The notes beneath the pieces were generated by a model, which saw nothing but the letters and a program-made list of their open reading frames with translations, was not told the origin of the DNA and did not search any database. Position numbers and translations under genes: made by a program. From Candidatus Norongarragalinales archaeon (GTDB lineage: Archaea; Micrarchaeota; Micrarchaeia; Norongarragalinales; Norongarragalinaceae), in the NCBI GenBank assembly GCA_038884755.1, contig JAWABJ010000001.1, positions 1-64,000 of the forward strand: a DNA stretch of 64,000 bases. Direction: 5' to 3'. Positions 47,376 to 57,714 of this stretch are shown here, one piece after another; the stretch's first letter is position 1, and every line of letters starts with the position of its first letter.

Positions 47376-48605
47376 TCAGTATTTCACGACTATTTTTTCG
47401 CCAAGGCTGGCGATGTTGCGCATGCTCAAGTCGATTTTCTGGCCAGATGTTGTCTTCACTATGAACGTCTCGTTCTTCTTGCTTATGCCGACTATCGTTC
47501 CGACCAGCCCGCCAAATTCCGTGTAAACGCTTTTGCCTTCCAAATTCATTTTAGAGAACAAGTCGTGCTTGAACTCCCTGGCAAGGTAGGCGACGAGATA
47601 CATAGCAGCAACACCGAGCAAGAGTGAGTAGAAGAAGTTTTCGAAAGACAGCGTTCCGATGACCCAGTCGGCAGCGTTAGTGAAAATGAGCCAGAACACG
47701 AGCACTCCCGCCGTTTGTATCAAATACTCTGGGAGAAAGTGGTTTTTATTTTCCGACAGCGCTTGCAGGACTTCCCCGACTATGATGAGGAGGACTGCGA
47801 CTGGCAGCAGCAAAAGCAGGTCTTTGAAAAACCAGGCGATTATTTTCGCAGTGCTTAAGGCTGCTCCGGCGTATTGCAGAGTAAAGACCCTGTTGAACGC
47901 CATCCACAGGGAAGCGACAAAAAAGGGTACGGACGCGAAATAAAAAATGAAGCTCACGTTTTCGAACGAAATGCGGAAGTTGGACAGCGCGTTGAACGCC
48001 CTTTCCTCTACTCCCAGCGCGCGCATTATCAAATACCCGCCGAGCAGTCCTATGAACAGGCGCGCGCCGAAGAATTCCGCCAGCGCGAAGAACAGCAGCG
48101 CTAGGCCCGGTATGCCGAAGACTATACGCGCGGTGTGCGGTTCCTTGAGCTTTTCTAGGACTGCAAAGTAAGTGGATTCGAGCTCTTTCGTCTGCTTTAC
48201 CGTAACCGTCTTTACGCTGTTGACTTTCACTCGCGAATTTATGAGTGGAATCGTCTGCTCGTCGGTCGCGCCGTCGCTTACGAACACGCACGCGTCGGGG
48301 GAAAGGTCGTCGATTATCTTTTCAAGCTGTTTCACCACTTCAGTGTGCGCGTGATATCCCCCGCGCGTGTCTCCGCTAATGGTGGCGATGAAAACGTTTT
48401 TCGCCTCTTCGCCCAGCTCGTCGTAAAGCTTGACTGCCGCGAAAATCGTGTTTACGTCCGAGTCTTCAGGGTCGGCTATGCCTAGCGCGTCGGCCGCGTA
48501 GATGTTTTCCTTGCGCCCTACGACCGGGCCTTTGATTTTCGCTTTAACGCCCAAGTCGTTGTCGACGTCCACGCACAACACGAGCAATCGCTTTGGTTTG
48601 GCCAT
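47376..48605 (-). CDS. DUF373 membrane protein with C-terminal PRC-barrel-like domain
   Basis: LVLCVDVDNDLG, DPEDSDVN, VSDG.TDE, VKQ...LESTY; G..VYTE.G..VG. Confidence 0.88.
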   Translation of the reverse strand: MAKPKRLLVLCVDVDNDLGVKAKIKGPVVGRKENIYAADALGIADPEDSDVNTIFAAVKLYDELGEEAKNVFIATISGDTRGGYHAHTEVVKQLEKIIDDLSPDACVFVSDGATDEQTIPLINSRVKVNSVKTVTVKQTKELESTYFAVLEKLKEPHTARIVFGIPGLALLFFALAEFFGARLFIGLLGGYLIMRALGVEERAFNALSNFRISFENVSFIFYFASVPFFVASLWMAFNRVFTLQYAGAALSTAKIIAWFFKDLLLLLPVAVLLIIVGEVLQALSENKNHFLPEYLIQTAGVLVFWLIFTNAADWVIGTLSFENFFYSLLLGVAAMYLVAYLAREFKHDLFSKMNLEGKSVYTEFGGLVGTIVGISKKNETFIVKTTSGQKIDLSMRNIASLGEKIVVKY

Positions 48606-48661
48606 TCTAACCCCTCTAGAACATAATTCGTGAAAGGCGTATTTAAGCGTCTTTCTTGCAC

Positions 48662-49417
48662 TCAGGCAGTTTCGCAGTTGCCGGGCAGCACTGCGAAAAG
48701 CCCGTCGCTTTTCCTGAGCGAAAGCTTGCCTTTCAGGATTGGAAATAGTTCTTCCTTTTTTTTCCCGCCGGGCACCAGGAAAACGAACCCCTTCTTTTGG
48801 GCTGCCGCAAGCGCCGGCAGAGCTATGAGTTCCCCGCCTTGCGTTCCCACTGCGATTTCCAGCCGCATGTTCTTGAACCACTTCCTTTCCCCCGAAATCA
48901 GGAACGCGCCTTTGCCAACGAACTCGCCGTGCGAGTGTTTCGAAACTTGCTCTTTGCTAACGCAGTAAACGTCCGCAACCCCGCTTCCGAGCTTCCACGC
49001 GTTCGAATAGCAGGCGGCGAATTGAGCCGCTTCGCGTAAGTCTTGTTCCTTTGCTTTCGTCCCTTCTTTCAGTACGACCGCACTAGCGCCGTGGACGTCC
49101 GCATGGAAGAACAAGTCGCCTTCCTTCAGTTGCGAGGCGACGAGCGTGTCGTTTTGCTTCGCGTTCTTGCCTCCGACGCACAAGAAGCCGTTTGTCGTGG
49201 TGAAAAACCGGTATTCGTGAAACCATTTTTTCCTTTCCCTGCCCGAAGTTTGTTTTTTGGTTTCTTCCGTTTTGGTTTGTGCAAAAGCGATTTTGCGTTT
49301 TGTCTCTTCAATCGCTTTTCTTGCGCCTTCTGCCTTCCGGCGGAATTTCTTGGCTTCTTCGAAAAGCGCTTGCGCGTTTTGCATCGCGCTCTTGCGCACG
49401 TCGAGCGTTATTTTCAT
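48662..49417 (-). CDS. Short NFACT (Rqc2/RqcH/NEMF) family protein: NFACT-R plus C-terminal part
   Basis: LD..KS...NA..LFE..KK; WF..YR.F, GGKNAKQND, FFHADVHGA, YSNAWK, G.F.ISGER. Confidence 0.88.
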   Translation of the reverse strand: MKITLDVRKSAMQNAQALFEEAKKFRRKAEGARKAIEETKRKIAFAQTKTEETKKQTSGRERKKWFHEYRFFTTTNGFLCVGGKNAKQNDTLVASQLKEGDLFFHADVHGASAVVLKEGTKAKEQDLREAAQFAACYSNAWKLGSGVADVYCVSKEQVSKHSHGEFVGKGAFLISGERKWFKNMRLEIAVGTQGGELIALPALAAAQKKGFVFLVPGGKKKEELFPILKGKLSLRKSDGLFAVLPGNCETA

Positions 49418-51456
49418 TTCTTTTCACTTTTTTCCGCCGGAGTCCAATTTCCCTTGCTCCAGTCTTTCTTGCTTTCGCAATTCGCCGTAAGGCACATTTC
49501 AAACGGCCGCCTGGCTTTTCTAATTACCGTAATTATGGGGGTGGAGCAAAACTGGCATTTTTTGCCTGTCGGCTTTACTAGCGCGTTTTTTGGCACTGAA
49601 AATGCGTTTTCGCATTCCGGGTAACGATTGCATGCAGCGAAAAGCCCGTATTTACCCCTGCGCAAGGCTATCTGCCCTTGCTTGCACTTGTTGCACTCGC
49701 CGAGTTCGCTCGCCTTGCGTTGAGTCTCGCCAACCGCTTCCTTGAGTTCGTTTCCGATTTCCTTTTCTTGCTTTTTAAAGTCCTTCAGGATTTTGCCCAG
49801 CACTCTCTTTCCTTCCTCTACCACTTCGTCCATCCGTTTTTTTTGCGTTTGAATTTCTTCCATTTCACCCTCGAAATGCCTCGTTAGGTCCGAGGATATT
49901 ATTTCGGGAACGTGGCGTTTCATCGCTTCGAAAACGCTCAGCCCCAGGGGTGTGACTTCAATGGATTTTCCGCTTACGTACTGCCTGTCGTAAAGCGTTT
50001 GGATGATTTCGGCGCGCGTCGCTTTCGTGCCCAGGTTTTCCGACTCTAACGCCTTGATTATGGATGCTTCAGTATAGCGTTGCGGGGGCTGCGTGAGTTT
50101 TTCGACCAACTCTAGCTTTTCTATGCTTACACTTTCGCCTTCGTCAAAATGCGGAAGTTGTTTTTCCTTCAACCGAAAGAAAGGCCCGTACACCTCAAAC
50201 CAGCCTTTTTCCGCAATCGTGACGCCATCCGCAACGTATTCTTCACTCCCGCCTTTCAGCGTTACCTTTTGCTTTTCGATTGAAGCGGGTTTTGAGAATG
50301 ACGCGAGGTACCTTCGCGCGATGAGCTCGTACAGCCGCAGGGCGTCTTTGCTCGCGTCAGGCGCCAAGCCCGTGGGGTGGATTGCCGGGTGCGCGGGATC
50401 GCTCTTGGGGCCTTCGTGGGGGGCAAAACGCTTTTCTTTAGCGAGCTGCTGGACGAAAGGCGCGAGGTGCTTTTGCAATTCCAGTTGCTTCATGATTTTC
50501 TCGTGGTTGAGCTTTGCCGGGAGCTTTTGCGAGGAAGTTCGCGGGTAGCTTATGGCTGCCGTTTCGTACAGTTCTTGCGCCAACTGCAGGGTTTTCGAAG
50601 GGGAAAGCCCTAGCGCAGCGTAAGCTTCCACTTGCAGGCTGGTAAGGTCGAAGGGGAATGGTTGCAGTTGCTTGACGCGCTTGCGTTCGATGCTTTTTAC
50701 CGCCGCGTTTTTGGAAGTGTTTTTTAACGCCGTTTCGGCGTCTTGTTTTTTCAGGAACCTTTCTTTCGCGTGGGTGAATTCCGTTCCTCTGGCGTGGGCG
50801 TACAGTTGCCAGTAAGGCGAGGGGACGAAACTCTTGATTTTCAGCTCGCGTTCCGAAAGCAAAGCCAGCGCGGGGCCCTGCACCCGCCCCATGCTGAGTA
50901 TCTTGAACCTCCCCGCGCTGCGCACCGCGCTCATCAGCGCGCGGGAAACATTTATTCCCCAAAGCCAGTCGAGAGTGTGCCTCGCTTGCCCCGCATCTAT
51001 GGTGGGGTCATCGAGGGGTTGGAGCGATGCATAAGATTCCTTCAGGTCTTCAGCCGTGAGGGTTGAAAAAAACATGCGCTTGGCTTTTTTTCCTTTCGCC
51101 AGAAACCGGATGATGTTCCCGCCGATGGTCGAGCCTTCGACGTCCCAGTCGCACGCGTTGACGACTTCAGACGCTTCTTTCGCCGTTTTTTTCAGCAGCG
51201 CGTGGTATTTTTTGGAAAAGTCGTTTTTCTTGTCTATTTCGAACGACGGAAGCCATTCGATTTCGAAAATAGGGTACCCTCCGCCCGGCGTTTTTTGTTT
51301 GAGCGAGAACAGGTGGCCGACCGCAGGCACCACGACCGCGTTTTTCTCGGGAATTTCGTAGTACGCAACGCCCCCGTGCGTTTTGCGCACAGGCTTTCCT
51401 AAAGCGAAAGCTATTTTTTCCGCTACCTTGGGCTTTTCCGCTATAATCAGTTGCAT
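49414..51456 (-). CDS. topA: Type IA DNA topoisomerase with C-terminal zinc ribbons
   Basis: IIAEKP, ACDWDVEG, GRVQGP, ISYPRT (catalytic Tyr), AHPAIHPT, LGTKATR. Confidence 0.96.
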   Translation of the reverse strand: MQLIIAEKPKVAEKIAFALGKPVRKTHGGVAYYEIPEKNAVVVPAVGHLFSLKQKTPGGGYPIFEIEWLPSFEIDKKNDFSKKYHALLKKTAKEASEVVNACDWDVEGSTIGGNIIRFLAKGKKAKRMFFSTLTAEDLKESYASLQPLDDPTIDAGQARHTLDWLWGINVSRALMSAVRSAGRFKILSMGRVQGPALALLSERELKIKSFVPSPYWQLYAHARGTEFTHAKERFLKKQDAETALKNTSKNAAVKSIERKRVKQLQPFPFDLTSLQVEAYAALGLSPSKTLQLAQELYETAAISYPRTSSQKLPAKLNHEKIMKQLELQKHLAPFVQQLAKEKRFAPHEGPKSDPAHPAIHPTGLAPDASKDALRLYELIARRYLASFSKPASIEKQKVTLKGGSEEYVADGVTIAEKGWFEVYGPFFRLKEKQLPHFDEGESVSIEKLELVEKLTQPPQRYTEASIIKALESENLGTKATRAEIIQTLYDRQYVSGKSIEVTPLGLSVFEAMKRHVPEIISSDLTRHFEGEMEEIQTQKKRMDEVVEEGKRVLGKILKDFKKQEKEIGNELKEAVGETQRKASELGECNKCKQGQIALRRGKYGLFAACNRYPECENAFSVPKNALVKPTGKKCQFCSTPIITVIRKARRPFEMCLTANCESKKDWSKGNWTPAEKSEKK

Positions 51457-51530
51457 AAACTCAAGTTTCAACCCTTCTCGTATTTAAAGCAGAAGCTTGG
51501 GGGGGAAAGCGGTCTTTCGGTTGTGCAGGT

Positions 51531-52265
51531 TCAAGACAACAGCGAGTATTTGCTCAGGTAAATCTGGACTTTCAAGACTTCCAAGAACGGCAGGACCACG
51601 AGCGATTGCGTGACGAGCGAGAGAAAGCGCGCCGCGGGCCAGGCTTTGCTTATTTCGATGAAAAGCCACGTGTTGATTATGAACAGCAGCGCGGCGACTG
51701 CGAGGAAAAGCGCAAAGTATGGCAGTTTCCTTCGAATCAGAGATACGCTTCTTGCAACTGAATGGCTTAGGCTGGTTTCTTCGAGAACCGCCGCTTGCGG
51801 CGCAAAGAGGACTATGGACGACACTACCAGCGCGAAGGCCGTTCCCCACACTTGCGGGATGCCGTATTCCGCTATGAGCAGGTTGAATCCTACTATCGCC
51901 GCGAATGCAGTTAGGAAAATGAAGAAAAGGTTGAACGTCGCCCCTTCGATGAGTTCGACGTCGCGGGAAGTGAGCCTGTTCAGAGTACGCTGGCTTTTCA
52001 CGACGACGTTTATCGACGCGATGGCGAACGCGAAGAACAACATTGAAATCAGCAGAGCGATTATTGTGACTAGGACGTCCGCCGCGCTCAAGTCGAGCTT
52101 TACGCTTCCGAGGCGGAGGAAAGTGCCGCTGAGAGCGACGAAGTTCGGCAAAAGCAGGGACAGCGGGAAAGATATCAGGAACGGGATGCTGAACGCCAAT
52201 ATTAGCTTGGAGTTTTTGAAGTAAGCGTCAACCGCGTGCAACAGTATTTCGGTAAAGCCGGACAC
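51531..52265 (-). CDS. Polytopic membrane hypothetical protein
   Basis: About 6 TM helices; GTG start. Confidence 0.72.
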   Translation of the reverse strand: MSGFTEILLHAVDAYFKNSKLILAFSIPFLISFPLSLLLPNFVALSGTFLRLGSVKLDLSAADVLVTIIALLISMLFFAFAIASINVVVKSQRTLNRLTSRDVELIEGATFNLFFIFLTAFAAIVGFNLLIAEYGIPQVWGTAFALVVSSIVLFAPQAAVLEETSLSHSVARSVSLIRRKLPYFALFLAVAALLFIINTWLFIEISKAWPAARFLSLVTQSLVVLPFLEVLKVQIYLSKYSLLS

Positions 52266-52301
52266 GTTTTATCCCGTTTTGAATTATGGTCTTCTTGTTT
52301 A

Positions 52302-53561
52302 TTAAAATGCCTTCGTGCCTTCGCCCACCAGGCAAGTCGCAAGGGCCTTGGAAACCACCGCTTCGAGAAAAACGCCCGCCTCGGCTTTCGGAAGTATCAC
52401 CGGCCTGTAGTCTTTCGTGCGGGAGAGAAAGCCGTTCTTGGTTTTTTCAGTGACCAAAACCCTTTCCCTTGCGCCGACAAACCGCTTGTTTTTTTTCTCG
52501 AGAATTTTTCTCGCCAGCGCGCTGGCTATTTCGCTCCTACTCTTTACTTCAGAGTTTTTGATTTGCTCGAGTCTTGCCGCGGGCGTTTTCGGGCGCGCCG
52601 AGTATTTCGAAACGTTCACCACATCGAATTCCGCCCATTGCAGGAAGCCGAGCGTTCGCCCGAAGTCCTCTTCAGTTTCGGTAGGATAGCCGACGATGAC
52701 GTCAGTCGCGAGCATTGCGTCGGGAAAAGCGTTTTTGATGGACTGGATGGCTTGTTTTGCCTGCTCAGCGCTATACCCCCTACGCATGTGCTTCAAAACC
52801 GAGTCGCTGCCGCTTTGTATTGCTATATGAAAGAATTTGTACAGCTTTTCGTTTTGCGCGAAAACGCGAATCAGGTCTTTTTCCATGCGCAGGAAATGCT
52901 GCGGGTTGCACATTCCCACCCTAACCCGAAAATCCCCTTCGATTTCGCAAATCCTTTCGAGCAGTTGCGGTAATGCAACTCCACAGTCCAGGCCGTACGC
53001 TCCGGTGTCTTGCGAAGTGAGCTGGATTTCCTTGGCGCCTTGCGCCACGACTCGCGCGACAGCCTCGACGATTTCGCGCGGGCGGTAGCTTTTCACCCCC
53101 CCGCGCGCGAGTTTAGTCGAGCAAAAAGTGCAGGCGGAAGCACAGCCGGAGTTTATTTGGATTCGCGCGAAAATGCCGTCCGCAAAAGGCGCGAGCGCGG
53201 GAATGCCGTTGTTTTTCGTCGCAACCGTTTTCTTTCCCGCGAATGCGTTTTCCACCGCCTCTACGATGCTTGCCTGCGAAAACGTTCCGACTAGCGAGGC
53301 TGAAGGGTTGCTTTTAGCTACAATCGCTGGCGCCGCCTGAACCAGGCATCCTGCCACGACCAGCGGCTTCGCCGTGTGCGAAACCTTGTACAGGATCTTT
53401 TGCTGAGTCGCGTCCTTGACGCTGCAAGTGTTCAGCACCACCACGTCTGCCGCGTCTTCGCTTTCAGCTATTTCGTGCTCGTGCTCTTTAAGCGTCAAAG
53501 CCATCCTGTCGCTGTCCGCCTGGTTGAAAGTGCACCCGTAAGTCCTGATGAAAACCTTCAT
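52302..53561 (-). CDS. mtaB: tRNA methylthiotransferase (archaeal MiaB-like / MtaB, ms2t6A37)
   Basis: TYGC..N..DS, NTCSV, AGC, GCASACTFC, QSGSD, TRAM domain. Confidence 0.9.
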   Translation of the reverse strand: MKVFIRTYGCTFNQADSDRMALTLKEHEHEIAESEDAADVVVLNTCSVKDATQQKILYKVSHTAKPLVVAGCLVQAAPAIVAKSNPSASLVGTFSQASIVEAVENAFAGKKTVATKNNGIPALAPFADGIFARIQINSGCASACTFCSTKLARGGVKSYRPREIVEAVARVVAQGAKEIQLTSQDTGAYGLDCGVALPQLLERICEIEGDFRVRVGMCNPQHFLRMEKDLIRVFAQNEKLYKFFHIAIQSGSDSVLKHMRRGYSAEQAKQAIQSIKNAFPDAMLATDVIVGYPTETEEDFGRTLGFLQWAEFDVVNVSKYSARPKTPAARLEQIKNSEVKSRSEIASALARKILEKKNKRFVGARERVLVTEKTKNGFLSRTKDYRPVILPKAEAGVFLEAVVSKALATCLVGEGTKAF

Positions 53562-53683
53562 TCTGCTCCCTTGCATTATGAAATAAGACTTGCGAGAAAG
53601 CATTAAAAACTCTTTCAGACATGTTTTATTTCCGAGAATCTAATTCTCGATTATTCTTTGGAAATTAAAAGGTTAGAAAAATC

Positions 53684-53884
53684 ATGGTTAAAGCCGCCAA
53701 GAATTTCGTTTGCGAGCGCTGCAAGCGCGAGAGCGCTTTCGCGCAAGAGTGCGCTTATTGCTCGCGAAAAATCTGCCGAGCTTGCGAGAAAAGTTCCGCC
53801 ACGCATAGCAAGATTTTGCGCAGCGCGATTTGCAAGAGCTGCTGGGGAGACTTGAAAAAACGGACGCGCTTCAAGAGCCTTTAA
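53684..53884 (+). CDS. Small zinc-finger protein with four CxxC motifs
   Basis: CERC, CAYC, CRAC, CKSC. Confidence 0.72.
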   Translation: MVKAAKNFVCERCKRESAFAQECAYCSRKICRACEKSSATHSKILRSAICKSCWGDLKKRTRFKSL

Positions 53885-53945
53885 ATTCCCGTAGCCTTAA
53901 ACTCTATTCTGGATTTTTTTAGTTTCTATTAGTTCAGGTGGGAGT

Positions 53946-54908
53946 TTGGGCAAGACTGATTTCGAGCCGTGGGTGGAAAAGTACCGTCCCCGTAAGCTGA
54001 GGGACATTATCGGGCACAAGCCAATCGTAGAGCGTTTGGAACATTTCGTTAAAAGCAAGAATCTTCCCAACATGCTTTTCGCCGGGCGCGCGGGAATAGG
54101 GAAAACAACCGCGGCGCTGGCACTGGCGAACGAGCTTTACGGGGAAGACATTTCCCAGTGTTTTGCCGAACTCAATGCCAGCGACGAGCGCGGGATTGAC
54201 GTCGTGAGGGGCAAAATCAAGGACTTCGCGCGCTCGATTCCGTTGGCTTCTGTCGATTTCAAAATCATCCTTCTCGACGAGGCTGATTCGCTCACGCCCG
54301 ACGCTCAGCAGGCGTTGCGGAGGACAATGGAGGCGTACTCGAAAAACTGCCGTTTCATTCTGTCGTGCAACTACTCTTCGCGCATTATCGAGCCGATACA
54401 ATCGCGCTGCGCCGTATTCCGTTTCAAAAGCCTCGAGGATTCCGAAATCAAGGGGATAGTCGAGGAGATTGCGAAAAAGGAAGCGGTCGGCATGGACGGC
54501 AAGGCGCTTGAGGCGATCGCGTACGTTTCGGAAGGCGATGCGCGGAAGGCAATCAATTGCCTTCAGGGCAGTGCGGAGAAAGGGAAGATAACCGACGAGC
54601 GGGTTTTCGAGGTTTCCAGCCGCGCGAGGCCCAAGGAAATCGCGGAGATGGTCGAGCTTGCGCTCAAGGGAAAATTCGGCGAAGCGCGCGGCCATTTGAA
54701 TACCGTGATGGTGAAGTACGCGATGAGCGGCGAGGACGTTTTGAACCAGATTTACCGCGAAGTCATCGCCCTGCCAGTTCCGGACGAATTGAAGGTGCAG
54801 CTGGTGGACCGCATCGGCGAGTACGATTTTCGGATGAGCCAAGGTGCGGACGAGAGAATTCAGCTTGAAGCGCTTTTGGCGCAGATAATGCTCTTTGGCA
54901 AAAAGTAA
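53946..54908 (+). CDS. rfcS: Replication factor C small subunit
   Basis: WVEKYRP, GIGKTT, LNASDERG, DEAD, SRC motif; no intein. Confidence 0.96.
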   Translation: MGKTDFEPWVEKYRPRKLRDIIGHKPIVERLEHFVKSKNLPNMLFAGRAGIGKTTAALALANELYGEDISQCFAELNASDERGIDVVRGKIKDFARSIPLASVDFKIILLDEADSLTPDAQQALRRTMEAYSKNCRFILSCNYSSRIIEPIQSRCAVFRFKSLEDSEIKGIVEEIAKKEAVGMDGKALEAIAYVSEGDARKAINCLQGSAEKGKITDERVFEVSSRARPKEIAEMVELALKGKFGEARGHLNTVMVKYAMSGEDVLNQIYREVIALPVPDELKVQLVDRIGEYDFRMSQGADERIQLEALLAQIMLFGKK

Positions 54909-54953
54909 AAAGGCGGCTTTCCCTTCTTTTTATTTTCCGGGGGAAAAGCTGCG

Positions 54954-55253
54954 TTGGGAATTTCCGAGGCTTTGCATTACGCGCACGCGCTGCACATGCT
55001 TCACTACCAGAAGGAAAAGCGCGAGCGCAAGCTGGAGGAGAAAAAGCGCAAGCTGGTGAAAATAAAAGTAAAGCTCAAGGACAATCTCGACGCTTTTTTG
55101 CAGGGAAAGCAGGCGAGGGTAAGCGGGTTGAGCCGCGCTTTCTTGCGGCAGGCGCTTGCGGTGAGCGAGGAAAAGAAAAAACTCGATGCCTTGAAGGCAA
55201 GGCTGGCGTCGGCAAAAAAAGCGAGTTTTGGCTCGTCGTTGAGGCGGCAGTAG
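54954..55253 (+). CDS. Basic coiled-coil hypothetical protein
   Basis: Lys/Arg-rich helical ORF co-oriented with rfcS; start uncertain. Confidence 0.5.
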   Translation: MGISEALHYAHALHMLHYQKEKRERKLEEKKRKLVKIKVKLKDNLDAFLQGKQARVSGLSRAFLRQALAVSEEKKKLDALKARLASAKKASFGSSLRRQ

Positions 55254-55747
55254 AAACTCTTTTAAAAGCCGGCAGTATAGTGTATTCATACCTAAACCCT
55301 TGAAAGGTTGGAAATAATGAGCCTAGACGAAATAGCACGACAATTCGGCAGAATCTATACTGTTATTGCTTTTCGCTGGGGCCTCTTGAACGTCAAGCTC
55401 GTGCACTTCAAGAGATCTAAGTCCAAGGACACCTTTTGAGGGGATGAAAGCTCTTCGGTTTTTGAGAAAAAAACCTGCTGACCCTTTTTGGATGGGAGTT
55501 TTCAAGAAAATCTTCCGGATGCAAATCTTGTTCAGCTTAAGCTTGGAATAGCGTAAAGTTTAGGCTGGTGTTTAGAGACTGTGGTGCGAGAGACACGAGC
55601 AACCCCAAGGAGGCAATTCCAGAAGACGCTAATGTGCCCAGTCTTCCCGCAACCACTCTGTGCAAAATTCGGAAAGATTAATTATCCATTATTTACGCCT
55701 TTATAAGCGTTTCGCTTATTGTCGTAGGGGGGGTTTTTGGGTTGTTT

Positions 55748-57616
55748 TTAGGCGATTTCTTTCTTGATTTTGGAAAGCAAGGCGTTTTTCTTCTTTCCTT
55801 CCTTTAAAGCGACACTCAAAACGTCGTAAATGTCTTTCGCGGGAATGATTTCAATGCGCTTGAGCTGCTCTTCACTCAGCACCACGTCGTCCTTGTTGGC
55901 GTAAGGCACTACGGCTTTCTTCAAACCCGCTTCTATTGCCGCTTCGACTTTCTGTGTAACTCCTCCTACTGGCAAAACCGCGCCCCGCACGCTCAGCGAG
56001 CCTGTCAACGCAACGTCTTGCCTTATGGGCGCTTCTTCCAACGCGGAAATGACCGCAGTCGCAACGCTCACGCTTGCGCTGTCGCCTTCAACGCCTTCGT
56101 AAGTCTGCAGAAACTGGATGTGAATGTCGAAAGAAGAAGTGTCTTTGCCGGTATGCCTCTTGATTATTGCCGAAACGTTTTCAACCGCTTCTTTTGCTAT
56201 GTCCCCGAGTTTTCCTGTCGCTATCGTCTTTCCTTCTTCCCGGGAGCTGGCTGGCGCGACTTCTGCGACTATTGGCAGTACAATTCCACTGTCGCCCATT
56301 ACCGCCAAGCCATTTACCTTGCCGACTTGCGCGCCGGTGGTTGTGAACACCCTGTATTCCTTGCGCATTTCAACCGCTTGCTTGGCCATTTGTTGTTCGA
56401 GCGTTTGCGCTATGCCTTTTGCCTTGAAAACGTGTTTTGCGCTTGCGAGCGCAGCGCCTTCTTCAAGCGCAACGTCCCCCGTAGCGCGTATCAATCCGCC
56501 CAGTTCGCGGAGCTTGAGCGTAAGCTTGTTTTTTCGTCCGCTGCGTTTTCTAGCTTCCTGGATTATTTCCTCTATTGCCGAAGCGTCGAAGTGCGGGATT
56601 TTCCCGTCCTTAGCTATTTCCTGCGCTATGAACTGCACGAGCTTACCTTCGTTTTCGGCGTTGTCTTCAATCGACTCTTCCATGTACACTTCGTAGCCGT
56701 ACCCGCGAATGCGCGAGCGGATTGCCGGATGCATGCGCTGCAAATCGCTGTAGTTTCCTGCGGCGACCAGCACGAAGTCGCAAGGCACCGGCTCTGTCCT
56801 GACTTGCGCTCCGGACGAGAGTTCGCTTTGTCCGGTTATCGAGTATTTCTTTTCCTGCATTGCCGTAAGCAGTTCCTGTTGGCTGCGCGGGGAAAGTGCG
56901 GAAACTTCATCTATGAACAAAACTCCTCCGTTGGCCTTGTGTATGAACCCCGCGTCTACGCGCAAGTGCGCTGGAGTTCCCAAACCCCCGCTTTGCAGGG
57001 GGTCGTGCTTTACGTCTCCGAGAAGCGCGCCGGCGCGTGCGCCGGTTGCTTCGACGAAAGGCGCGTTTTTCTTTCCGGAATTGTCGATGAGCAGCTTGGG
57101 GCCCAGCGCTTCACCGAAAAGCCTGCTTCTTCCAAGTTGCATTCCTACCGCTACGATGCCGCTTACTATGAAAAGTCCGATGAGCAGCGCTGCGGTGATG
57201 ACGTCCCCCCACTGTTGCCTTCCGAACGAAAGCAGGAAGAACGAGGAAAGAAAGAGGATGAGGATGATTACGAGGTTGAAGTTGTTGCTCGGAACGCGCA
57301 TTCTTTCTTGCTCTATTATCTTCCTTCCTTCGCCGGCCTTGACCACCCTTATTCTCGGTATGTTAGAGTCTTCCTCGTTGGCGTAGACCAGCACGTCTTT
57401 CAATTCGGCGGCGGGCACTAGTTCGCTCATCGCTTGTGCGAGCATTGACTTACCCGTGCCAGGCGTTCCAATCAAAAGCACGTTGCGCTTTTGCCTAGCT
57501 GCTTTTTTTATTATCGCTACGGCGTTCTCTTGGCCTATCACCCTGTCTACCGTCCTTTCGGGAACTTTCACTTGTGACGTGTCCTTCACTTTCAAGGCGG
57601 TTTTGAGTTTAGCCAT
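55748..57616 (-). CDS. lonB: Archaeal membrane-bound Lon protease
   Basis: GTPGTGKS, two-TM insert, [18 protein letters not shown] and catalytic Lys. Confidence 0.96.
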   Translation of the reverse strand: MAKLKTALKVKDTSQVKVPERTVDRVIGQENAVAIIKKAARQKRNVLLIGTPGTGKSMLAQAMSELVPAAELKDVLVYANEEDSNIPRIRVVKAGEGRKIIEQERMRVPSNNFNLVIILILFLSSFFLLSFGRQQWGDVITAALLIGLFIVSGIVAVGMQLGRSRLFGEALGPKLLIDNSGKKNAPFVEATGARAGALLGDVKHDPLQSGGLGTPAHLRVDAGFIHKANGGVLFIDEVSALSPRSQQELLTAMQEKKYSITGQSELSSGAQVRTEPVPCDFVLVAAGNYSDLQRMHPAIRSRIRGYGYEVYMEESIEDNAENEGKLVQFIAQEIAKDGKIPHFDASAIEEIIQEARKRSGRKNKLTLKLRELGGLIRATGDVALEEGAALASAKHVFKAKGIAQTLEQQMAKQAVEMRKEYRVFTTTGAQVGKVNGLAVMGDSGIVLPIVAEVAPASSREEGKTIATGKLGDIAKEAVENVSAIIKRHTGKDTSSFDIHIQFLQTYEGVEGDSASVSVATAVISALEEAPIRQDVALTGSLSVRGAVLPVGGVTQKVEAAIEAGLKKAVVPYANKDDVVLSEEQLKRIEIIPAKDIYDVLSVALKEGKKKNALLSKIKKEIA

Positions 57617-57714
57617 TTGCAATCCCAACATAAAATAAGCTTGCCAAACTTATTTCTTGAAGTCTTTTAATTAAATGCTTCCGTGCCTTAATCGTTTTTT
57701 GGATTGTGAGGAAA

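Noticed and set aside
56018..57421. Long antisense ORFs (467 aa here; also 8786-9745, 29813-30877, 23450-24409, 53934-54842)
   Set aside because: Shadows of well-supported genes on the opposite strand, with no recognisable motifs
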